Virus record (IMG/VR): IMGVR_UViG_3300024331_000030 | Coordinates: 1-53,241 of that record | From: a virus | Lineage: Duplodnaviria > Caudoviricetes | Direction: 5' to 3' (one strand) | DNA: 53,241 nt | Shown here: positions 31,042-38,676 of the stretch, piece after piece | Position numbering within the stretch: the stretch's first letter is position 1 | How the letters are laid out: each line of letters opens with the position of its first letter | Made by a program: the position numbers and the translations under genes | The notes under the pieces: generated by a model | The model's database searches: none | What the model saw: only the letters and a program-made list of their open reading frames with translations | Told to the model about the DNA's origin: nothing

Positions 31042-31620
31042 TCAATACCCTTCCTTTGGAGCCACACCAAAGATTTCATCAATCTTTGGCCAGTGTTTGA
31101 CGCGGTCTTTACCCGTCAAAGGATTCTTAAGAATACGACCAGCCTTAGAAGGATGGATATTATTCTTCTTGGCCTTCGTCAACTCTTCACTAGTAGGAGT
31201 AGCACGGTCTTCAATAGACTCAGAAGAACATTGAACGAGAACTACCTTGCCAATCAACTGTTTGACATTAGGATTCTCCGGGTCTTCCTTTGCACCATCC
31301 AACTTCAACTTCTCCCACAAGGAAGGTTGGTCTGGATTGTTAGACACAAATACACGAGCACGAGCAGCTTCAGTTTTATCTGCCACAACCTCAGTACCAT
31401 CAAGTACCTTGGTAGTGTGATAAGTATCTTTCAACTTTATACCTGTGAGACTAACTTCTTTGTCACCAACCATCTTGGTTGCTGGACTAACCATTTCCCA
31501 GTTCAAAGTAATCATCGGATTACCAGAACCTTTAGATGGAGAGAATGATGCTCCTGTAATACGAGCACTATAATCACTATCTGTGGGGATGGGGATTTCT
31601 GCGTTCCATTTAGTTATCAT
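31042..31620 (-). CDS. ssDNA-binding protein, DUF669-like (putative)
   Basis: YSARIT...SKGSGNPMITLNWE...LIGKVVLV OB-fold pattern; downstream of a Sak4-like gene. Confidence 0.65.
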   Translation of the reverse strand: MITKWNAEIPIPTDSDYSARITGASFSPSKGSGNPMITLNWEMVSPATKMVGDKEVSLTGIKLKDTYHTTKVLDGTEVVADKTEAARARVFVSNNPDQPSLWEKLKLDGAKEDPENPNVKQLIGKVVLVQCSSESIEDRATPTSEELTKAKKNNIHPSKAGRILKNPLTGKDRVKHWPKIDEIFGVAPKEGY

Positions 31621-31683
31621 TTGTTTTGTTTTGGTAGTAGGATACAAGCCATTGTTTTGTTGTTTACCGCGTTTGACAAGATA

Positions 31684-31851
31684 CTAGTCCTTGCCAAAAA
31701 TATCTTCAAGAGCTTCACCAACTTCATTCAAGTTAGTGCAATTAGTAATGTCACCCGGCTCCATCTGTTGTGTGAGAGGATTAGGTGTTGGTGATTCACT
31801 AACAATATACCCATTAGTTGTTTGTGTGATTTGTATTGTTTTGTTTTTCAT
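31684..31851 (-). CDS. 55-aa hypothetical protein (not in the ORF track)
   Basis: MKNKTIQITQTTNGYIV...; ATGA overlap with the upstream gene. Confidence 0.6.
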   Translation of the reverse strand: MKNKTIQITQTTNGYIVSESPTPNPLTQQMEPGDITNCTNLNEVGEALEDIFGKD

Positions 31852-32711
31852 GTTGGTGTCTGTTGTTTGTTGCGATACTTAGCAAATGATTTATAGTCCG
31901 CTAAAATGTACTTGGGACAATTCTTTATAGTCCCTGTCCCAGCTTTAACTAAATCGTCAGCTTGTGTCTGGAATAGCCAGAAGGTATCATTAGTCCCAGA
32001 AGCAAACCATTCATCTTCTGTCTCCTTGTCTACTTTGAAGAAGGTTCTAAAAGCGTCTAAGCGTTCTGGTGTCTTCGGTTTCTCTTTAGGCAAGACGCGG
32101 AAGCAGTCTGTAAACGCACCAGCAAGTGCATCAGCCATAGCACCAGCAATAAGAGGTTTAACTCCACCCGTCAAATCACCATCTTTATTACGTTCTACTT
32201 GCTCATGACATATCATTACTACGTGAGAGTTGACTGACTTAATTAAGTCAAGTATCTCTTTAAAGTAACGCCCTTTCAAGTCCCACTCTACAAACTTATT
32301 ATATTCACCTTTCTTACTTGTAGCAAGTTGGTCTTTATTTTGGTTAAACCAATTATGGTATCCTGCATCTACAGCAGATAAACCATCAATAACAAGGGTT
32401 TGGTCTCTGTGTAATCTAGGAGCTTCAACAGTTAACCATTTAAGTAATGCATCTTTCTTGTTTGGAGGCCCAAGAAGAGCATCACGCTTTACTATACTAT
32501 CACAAAATTTACCATCATAGAATGGTACTTGAATTATGTCTTTCCTGCCTGCATGTGCCCCTAGCTTCTGGTCAAAGTCCAAGACACAGGGATTCGGGAA
32601 AGTCATTGCTGCATAAGTTTTACCGCTGAAAGGTGCAGCTTGAAGTAGCAAGCGAATCTGCAATTCATCTGTCAACTGGTCTAGTGATTTACAGTTTGGG
32701 GGTGTATACAT
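31848..32711 (-). CDS. Sak4-like AAA_24 ATPase (recombinase/annealase)
   Basis: AAPFSGKT Walker A, VLDFD, TLVIDGLS Walker B, VVMICHE. Confidence 0.82.
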   Translation of the reverse strand: MYTPPNCKSLDQLTDELQIRLLLQAAPFSGKTYAAMTFPNPCVLDFDQKLGAHAGRKDIIQVPFYDGKFCDSIVKRDALLGPPNKKDALLKWLTVEAPRLHRDQTLVIDGLSAVDAGYHNWFNQNKDQLATSKKGEYNKFVEWDLKGRYFKEILDLIKSVNSHVVMICHEQVERNKDGDLTGGVKPLIAGAMADALAGAFTDCFRVLPKEKPKTPERLDAFRTFFKVDKETEDEWFASGTNDTFWLFQTQADDLVKAGTGTIKNCPKYILADYKSFAKYRNKQQTPT

Positions 32712-32719
32712 AAGGTGAT

Positions 32720-32935
32720 TTAAGGCTTAGTTGGATACCTTCCTGTTTGTAGTATTACTGATTTAGGTGTAAAATGTTCTTCATATCTTTCTAAGAGTTT
32801 CTTAATCGCCTCTATAGATATTTTAGTACAGTTAACTTGTATGTAATCTTTAGTAGCTTCTATCTCTGCTGGCGAACCGTCATACATTATAGTTCCCATT
32901 TCGCTTAATAGTAATGAATGTTCTGCTTGTTTCAT
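32720..32935 (-). CDS. Hypothetical protein
   Basis: Packed ORF. Confidence 0.6.
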   Translation of the reverse strand: MKQAEHSLLLSEMGTIMYDGSPAEIEATKDYIQVNCTKISIEAIKKLLERYEEHFTPKSVILQTGRYPTKP

Positions 32936-32936
32936 A

Positions 32937-33191
32937 TTAATTTCCTGTCTCTTGATACCTCAAAGAGGTAACTTTGTTTGCCTGTATTGTTGTGCCGTTT
33001 AGTTTGATTCCTTGTATCTCATTAGACTCTACTGTACAAGAAGCATCCTTTAGAAGGAGAGGTAGCACTCGTTCTATAGCTAACTTGAGAGCATGTTCAC
33101 TCTCGAAGTAGAATCGTGCGGAGAAAGAAATGTGACCTTCTTTAGAAGGTTGTAAGATGCGGATGTTAATTTCAGTATTAGTGTTACTCAT
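32937..33191 (-). CDS. Hypothetical protein
   Basis: Packed ORF. Confidence 0.6.
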   Translation of the reverse strand: MSNTNTEINIRILQPSKEGHISFSARFYFESEHALKLAIERVLPLLLKDASCTVESNEIQGIKLNGTTIQANKVTSLRYQETGN

Positions 33192-34227
33192 TGTACAGTA
33201 ATGGGTTGAATGACCACTGTCTAAAGTTCTGCTTCAAAAGTATACGACCTACTTGGTCATTAGTACGGCAAATATCCCAGTAAGCACACTTGCTATACGG
33301 CTTAATACATGAGCCATTAAGGATACCTTCTTTAGGTATATATCCTGTCTTTATAGCTTTTACCAACTGTTGAATCTTATCGTCTAGTGTAAGCTGGAAA
33401 GCATCTAAGTCGTTAGGAGAAATCTGGAATACATCACTCCTCTTTACCGTAGTCTTATTAGCTTCCGCATTTAAGAAGATAGCATCAATAAAACACCCTA
33501 CTTGTTGTGCTCCTATCTTACCGAGAGTAGAGTCAGGATGAGCGTGGGACATGAGGCGAAGGGCTAGGAGATAGATGCGGAGTTGGCGAGAGAGTTCGTA
33601 CTGTTGAAAGTAACCATTATTATCCCATGCACTAGTAGTTTTCCAATCACCTATAGCGTAACATCCGTTATGGAACTTACCTATCTTGTCTATCGTACCA
33701 CAAAGATTAACTATGATAGATTCATCTTCCCAATACTTGATAGAGAAGGTTACTTCGGAAGCGGGTTGTAAATATGAATTTGCCCCTAGACAAGTTGGAC
33801 ACATTATTTTTGTGTCACCTATTGCACCCTTTCCTTTACACATATAACAAGGCAACTCTAATTCCAGCAAGCTAAACGAACTATCAGTAAGACAATAGTC
33901 ATTCCATATATTATACCCAACGGAAGTCAAGTGTTTAGTGTCGGCTAAGAAGTCTTTTGATTTGCCCGGTGCTGCTTTAGGAACATCAAATGACTTGAGT
34001 GCTGCTTTAGTAGCTCGACTTAAATCTCCTCTTGTCTTGTAACAGACATTGAGGTACTCATGTATAGCTACACCATACACAAGACTAGCTGACGTAGACT
34101 TCTCTCTATACCCACCAGCACTCTGACCATCGTCACCTAGTTCACCTACCACTGTTAGGTAGAGGTCTTTAATACAGGCTGAATGGCCTAGAGCCGTAGC
34201 GTCAAGATTAATTATTAGTTTGTTCAA
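33184..34227 (-). CDS. PD-(D/E)XK exonuclease (Cas4/RecB-like) with inserted CxxCxGxG zinc finger
   Basis: GVAIHE; GTIDKI...GDWKT; QLRIY; C-terminal C...CAYWDIC; insert CYMCKGKG...CPTCLG. Confidence 0.85.
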   Translation of the reverse strand: MNKLIINLDATALGHSACIKDLYLTVVGELGDDGQSAGGYREKSTSASLVYGVAIHEYLNVCYKTRGDLSRATKAALKSFDVPKAAPGKSKDFLADTKHLTSVGYNIWNDYCLTDSSFSLLELELPCYMCKGKGAIGDTKIMCPTCLGANSYLQPASEVTFSIKYWEDESIIVNLCGTIDKIGKFHNGCYAIGDWKTTSAWDNNGYFQQYELSRQLRIYLLALRLMSHAHPDSTLGKIGAQQVGCFIDAIFLNAEANKTTVKRSDVFQISPNDLDAFQLTLDDKIQQLVKAIKTGYIPKEGILNGSCIKPYSKCAYWDICRTNDQVGRILLKQNFRQWSFNPLLYNE

Positions 34228-34233
34228 TGTGAT

Positions 34234-34494
34234 TTACTTTCTCTTAAACCCTTTAACATCACTCAAATCTATACCTAAACCTAGGAGAGCATCAAGAGCT
34301 TTTCTCTTGGCTGGTGGCATATAGTTCTTAGAGCTGCTATTGGATTTATTGTGATTTGGATTCTTTGCTTTAATTGCTCTTACTCTATCCGGTCTTGTTA
34401 CATCGAAGAAAGGTTTGCACCATTCTTCTAATTCTTTATCTGTCATCTTCTCCAACTGGTCTGCTGACATTTCTAACAAATCCTCTAACTTCAT
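34234..34494 (-). CDS. Hypothetical protein
   Basis: Packed ORF. Confidence 0.65.
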   Translation of the reverse strand: MKLEDLLEMSADQLEKMTDKELEEWCKPFFDVTRPDRVRAIKAKNPNHNKSNSSSKNYMPPAKRKALDALLGLGIDLSDVKGFKRK

Positions 34495-35108
34495 ACCTTA
34501 ATAATCTTCACGCTTGTTTGGTCTATAGTCCAACGATAGATATTTTTGAATGGTAACAACAAGACATGTATATCCTGTTGCTCTTGGTCAGACAAGACTA
34601 GATTCTCTTTGGAAAAATATTCCTCATCACTCTCTCCTTCTATCCACTCTAACATCTTTCTGTACCATATAGGTTTAGTCTCAGATGGTGGAACATGGTC
34701 AGGTGTAAGAGCTACGAATGTATTGTTCCCAAAACCGGGCTTGTAGAAAATGTGTACGCCTATATTAGGTTCCCGCTTTACAGAAATCTGTTCTCTCCAC
34801 TGTTGGTAGATACCATCTTCATCCATACGTTCTAGGAGAAATCTCAAGGATTGATTGACGCGATTGTAGAGAGTCTGCTCAGATATTCCTGTTCCCTCAG
34901 TACACCATATCTTATATCTCCACCATATATCCTGCTTGTCATTCCGCATCTGGTCAATAGCTTTCTTAATCTCATCAGCATATAGCTTAGAGTAATAAGG
35001 TGCATTAGAAGAAGCACCGTAGTTAGCAGGTTTCTTAGAAGCGAGGAATTGAATAGTCTTACGTGTGATGTCTGGCGGGAGCGGCTCTTCAGAAGATAGT
35101 GGGGGCAT
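34491..35108 (-). CDS. Hypothetical protein
   Basis: 205-aa ORF at the head of the replication operon. Confidence 0.7.
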   Translation of the reverse strand: MPPLSSEEPLPPDITRKTIQFLASKKPANYGASSNAPYYSKLYADEIKKAIDQMRNDKQDIWWRYKIWCTEGTGISEQTLYNRVNQSLRFLLERMDEDGIYQQWREQISVKREPNIGVHIFYKPGFGNNTFVALTPDHVPPSETKPIWYRKMLEWIEGESDEEYFSKENLVLSDQEQQDIHVLLLPFKNIYRWTIDQTSVKIIKV

Positions 35109-35382
35109 GGTGTAAATGAGTATTGTGATTTAGATTGGTGGGTGTAGATAAGCATTTCACTATATCAGCAACTCTAAACACTGTGTACAGTTGACTTAGA
35201 GTCAGGAGTCTTAACACTCCCGCGTTTATCTTTCGCCATACACCCGACATAAATTTGTGTACTGTAGGTGGAGATTCTATCCAATCTTCTTGACTCGGAT
35301 TGTTCACATCCTTCAATCAAGCGTGCTCTCTGTAGTACTACTTTTCGATGATAGACTACTAAATACACTACTTACAGTACAA

Positions 35383-35575
35383 CCCAACAGATGAACTTGC
35401 GAGTAACATAACTGTTGGGAAATTAAAGAGAGTAGTGTAACCCGTTAGCCTGTATCCACGGAGTCGGGATACCAATCGGCTTGCTTATACACTACTCTCA
35501 AATTGGAACTCTCTGTCCCTTAGTCTTGCAACTAAGACCACCCGTAGGTAATACGTTCCTCCGCGGTCAGAGAGT
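35383..35575 (-). ncRNA. Cluster of three closed-stem RNAs, one tRNA-sized and CCA-ended (35504-35575)
   Basis: Stems CCCAACAG/CTGTTGGG, GAGAGTAGTGTA/TACACTACTCTC and ACTCTCTG/CAGAGAGT+TCCA, separated by AATTT. Confidence 0.55.
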
Positions 35576-35783
35576 CAAGTGTAGGTTACTATTCCACCCA
35601 CACAGAAGTCAGACAAGTTATAGTTACTTGACCAAACTATACTACTAACTATACACAGTCTAAGAGACCCTACGACGAGTCTTACCTTTCGACCAGACAA
35701 TCTAGTAGCGATGGATTGTCGAACATACCATCTAACTCTTAGTAGAGATGAGGAAACAAACTCTACTACAGAGGAAACTTATA

Positions 35784-35801
35784 TAGCATTTTCCATGCCA
35801 A
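35784..35801 (-). promoter_or_regulatory. sigma54 promoter for the replication operon
   Basis: TTGGCATGGAAAATGCTA. Confidence 0.88.
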
Positions 35802-35827
35802 TTGTACCAACTCTAGAGTCTCTATCA

Positions 35828-36772
35828 TTAGTTAATACAACCCCATACGGAGTATCGCACAATGTATTGCTGCAATGAGCGTACATTGTAAGGGACTTGT
35901 AGTGAACCATTCTCCAAGTGTTCTCCATACTCTTTTAGAAATGCCTCCCCGCCCTGTAAAGATTTACAGATAGGTACTATATCACACTTCCTGTTTGAGA
36001 GAGATTGTATAGAAAGACTAAGAGTACTTATACGAGCATACAAGTCCTCGCGGAATGTCTTATGCTCTACCATCTTCTCTAGATTTTTATTGGTAGCAAA
36101 GACAAACTTACAGGTAATCTCTTCATCATCCTTACCTCCTACTTTCCTTATAGTCCGCTCTTGTAGAATACGTAATAGCTTAGCTTGCATAGGTAATGGA
36201 AGTTCACCTACTTCATCTAGAAACATAACCCCATTAGCCGCATCTATTACTAGCCCATTCCTAGTAGACTCCGCACCTGTGAAAGCTCCTCTTACATAAC
36301 CAAAGAGTTCTGCCTCAATTAAGTTCTCTGGCATAGCTGCACAGTTGATTGCTCTTGTGTGACCTGTCCTATTGTATATCTGGGACTTAGCAATTATCTC
36401 TTTGCCGGTTCCTGTAGGGCCGTAGATAAGTACTTCGTTAATAACTTTAGAAGCCTTAAGAGCTTTCTCTTTCATCTCAAGAGTCTCATCGTGTACTGTA
36501 ATAAACTTACCTAAATGCAGTTCGCCGGGACAGAGAGTGTCTTTGATGAACCAGAATCTTTCACCTATGGGAACATCAGCAAAGATACCCACATTAACTT
36601 TACCATCTGCTACACCTTCTAGTATAGTGTACGGAAGTTTAAACTTATCTATCCATGTCTGTGCTGTATCAACGAAGTCTATACCATTCTTCAAGTAGAG
36701 TTCCAACTTCTGTCTTGAAGGTATAGGAGTTGTGTCTTGTGGAGGAGGTTGTGATTTTAGCGGGAAGGCCAT
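35828..36772 (-). CDS. sigma54 activator (bEBP AAA+), lacking the C-terminal HTH
   Basis: GPTGTGKE, INCAA, ELFGYVRGAFTGA, FLDEVGELP, QAKLLRILQE, ATNKNL, FREDLY, NVRSL; the protein ends 14 aa later. Confidence 0.96.
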   Translation of the reverse strand: MAFPLKSQPPPQDTTPIPSRQKLELYLKNGIDFVDTAQTWIDKFKLPYTILEGVADGKVNVGIFADVPIGERFWFIKDTLCPGELHLGKFITVHDETLEMKEKALKASKVINEVLIYGPTGTGKEIIAKSQIYNRTGHTRAINCAAMPENLIEAELFGYVRGAFTGAESTRNGLVIDAANGVMFLDEVGELPLPMQAKLLRILQERTIRKVGGKDDEEITCKFVFATNKNLEKMVEHKTFREDLYARISTLSLSIQSLSNRKCDIVPICKSLQGGEAFLKEYGEHLENGSLQVPYNVRSLQQYIVRYSVWGCIN

Positions 36773-36775
36773 ATG

Positions 36776-36952
36776 TTAATTAAGAAACTTTACATTCAAC
36801 TTTTCTAATTGTTTAGGCGTAAGATTTGCTACAGATACATTAGCATTATAATGTAAGAAAGCATCTTCTGCTATATCTCTTACATCTTTAATTGTAAGAG
36901 CCTTGGTATCTGTCTCAACCGCTAGTACTGCATATTTAACTTTAAGTTTCAT
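36776..36952 (-). CDS. 58-aa hypothetical protein (not in the ORF track)
   Basis: MKLKVKYAVLAVETD...; fills the gap with ATGA overlap. Confidence 0.6.
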   Translation of the reverse strand: MKLKVKYAVLAVETDTKALTIKDVRDIAEDAFLHYNANVSVANLTPKQLEKLNVKFLN

Positions 36953-37284
36953 TTCTTTCCTTTCTTCTTAAGAGCTTGGCTAAATATCTTAGCCTTCCAA
37001 GTATCATACATACTAATAGCCTTGTCACCTGTGTAGGTAACTGTGTGATTTGCGGAGAGTTGAAAAGTACAGACAGGGTACCATATATCTATAAGCTTAT
37101 TAGCTATTGCATAATCCAAAAGGTAAACACCAGATATATGTTTATCGTATGGGTTAAACATCATTCCATGAACTGTTGGCTCTAAAGGTTTTACTGGACA
37201 AGTATAACCAGACTTAGACTTCCAATACAGAGTAGCCCATTGACATTTTGTGAGGTCGAGAACTAGTGATTTAGGTGCTATCAT
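36949..37284 (-). CDS. Hypothetical protein
   Basis: Packed ORF. Confidence 0.65.
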   Translation of the reverse strand: MIAPKSLVLDLTKCQWATLYWKSKSGYTCPVKPLEPTVHGMMFNPYDKHISGVYLLDYAIANKLIDIWYPVCTFQLSANHTVTYTGDKAISMYDTWKAKIFSQALKKKGKK

Positions 37285-37433
37285 ACATCAAACTCCTCAG
37301 CATATTGTGTCTTACTGTCTGGCTCATCCGACCAATCTGCTTTAGCTATCTCATGTTCTACTCTCCTTGCTTCTAGTTCTAAATCTTCATAGAACTTATC
37401 GTCTGGTGCTTCTGGTTTAATGGGGTGTATCAT
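37281..37433 (-). CDS. 50-aa acidic protein (not in the ORF track)
   Basis: MIHPIKPEAPDDKFYEDLELE...; ATGA overlap. Confidence 0.55.
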   Translation of the reverse strand: MIHPIKPEAPDDKFYEDLELEARRVEHEIAKADWSDEPDSKTQYAEEFDV

Positions 37434-37611
37434 GTGATTTTATTTTATTGATTGTTATTTGCATCTTTTTCTTTATCCTCTTAATTCTACATAAACAAAG
37501 AAGAATGCGAAAGAAAGTTATAAGCCAAAGTATGGCTACGATAACCCAAGCTATCTTTAGCACTACTTCAATAGGGTCTGTAGAATGTACTATTCGTTGG
37601 ACTATATTCAT
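37417..37611 (-). CDS. Small single-TM membrane protein
   Basis: Hydrophobic helix followed by a basic tail. Confidence 0.6.
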   Translation of the reverse strand: MNIVQRIVHSTDPIEVVLKIAWVIVAILWLITFFRILLCLCRIKRIKKKMQITINKIKSHDTPH

Positions 37612-38540
37612 AGGTCTATTTCATTACGAAATCCGACGTATATTGGACTTCTTGGTTTGATTTTCTGCCCAAAGGGTTTGTGCTTTATCACTATAGTCTT
37701 TCCTAAGAAGGCTTCTCTATCCCACCAAATATCTGCTCGTCTCCCATCTGTCAACCCTACACCTGTACCCACTCTTACTTCTATACCATTCTCTAGTCTA
37801 CAGATGAAAGCTCCTAGTGTACCTTTGCCTATAAGTTTAGATTGACAACTGCTTCTATCCATCTTACCCACCGCATTTCTCTTAATACTATTCCCATTGT
37901 ACATCTGTTCCTCAAAGCCTATGATGGTACATTCTGTTCTTATGAAGCGAGCTAACTTAACTAGGTATTGTTCCTTGAGGGTTGAACGGCCTTGTTTGTA
38001 GGGTGAGTCAGGTAGGCGGAAACAAATGCCTTCGCCTTCTTGTTGTTCACACTGCTTGAAATAGTTTAATAGTTCTTCTGGTGCATAACATATCCATGTA
38101 CCATCATACTTAACATCTGCCCAATCTAGATTAATCTCTTGTAGTATATAGCTTAGTCTTGCGCTATAAACTCTTATATGCTTATCAGTATCACCAAAGA
38201 ACCAATCCAACACATGAAACTCTATCTCACCCTCACGCTCATGACTCTCCGACATAACTATAGATTCCACTTCATCATACGATAAGTGTGGTGCCCATAG
38301 TTCCATATCGAAACCATAAGGGAGTTTCATGCTCCTCATCCTTATACTCACATTAGGTATAAGGTTTAGAGTGCGGGAGCGTAGGTCGTCTAGTCTTATG
38401 GCTCGTATGCCATCCTTCTTAAGAGACGCTAAGACAGGATACTTTAACTTCCCCATCGCCTGTAAGATAGACTCATCTGTGTGTGGGTCGTTAGGCTTGA
38501 GAAGGGAGGCAGCAAGCATCGGAGACTTGAAAGGTGTCAT
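37608..38540 (-). CDS. lig: ATP-dependent DNA ligase
   Basis: KKDGIR motif I, FHVLD, EGICFR, YKQGRS, VGTG, RSPIY. Confidence 0.93.
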   Translation of the reverse strand: MTPFKSPMLAASLLKPNDPHTDESILQAMGKLKYPVLASLKKDGIRAIRLDDLRSRTLNLIPNVSIRMRSMKLPYGFDMELWAPHLSYDEVESIVMSESHEREGEIEFHVLDWFFGDTDKHIRVYSARLSYILQEINLDWADVKYDGTWICYAPEELLNYFKQCEQQEGEGICFRLPDSPYKQGRSTLKEQYLVKLARFIRTECTIIGFEEQMYNGNSIKRNAVGKMDRSSCQSKLIGKGTLGAFICRLENGIEVRVGTGVGLTDGRRADIWWDREAFLGKTIVIKHKPFGQKIKPRSPIYVGFRNEIDL

Positions 38541-38676
38541 AAATTAATAGATATACAACGGTTCCAATTCCAGATTCTAAAGTAGAAATGTATGTTATGC
38601 TCACCTTTGTATAACTGAAAGCCTAATATCTCTCTTATTATACTCTTACCTTCACCTACCCTATAGATTGCTATCT

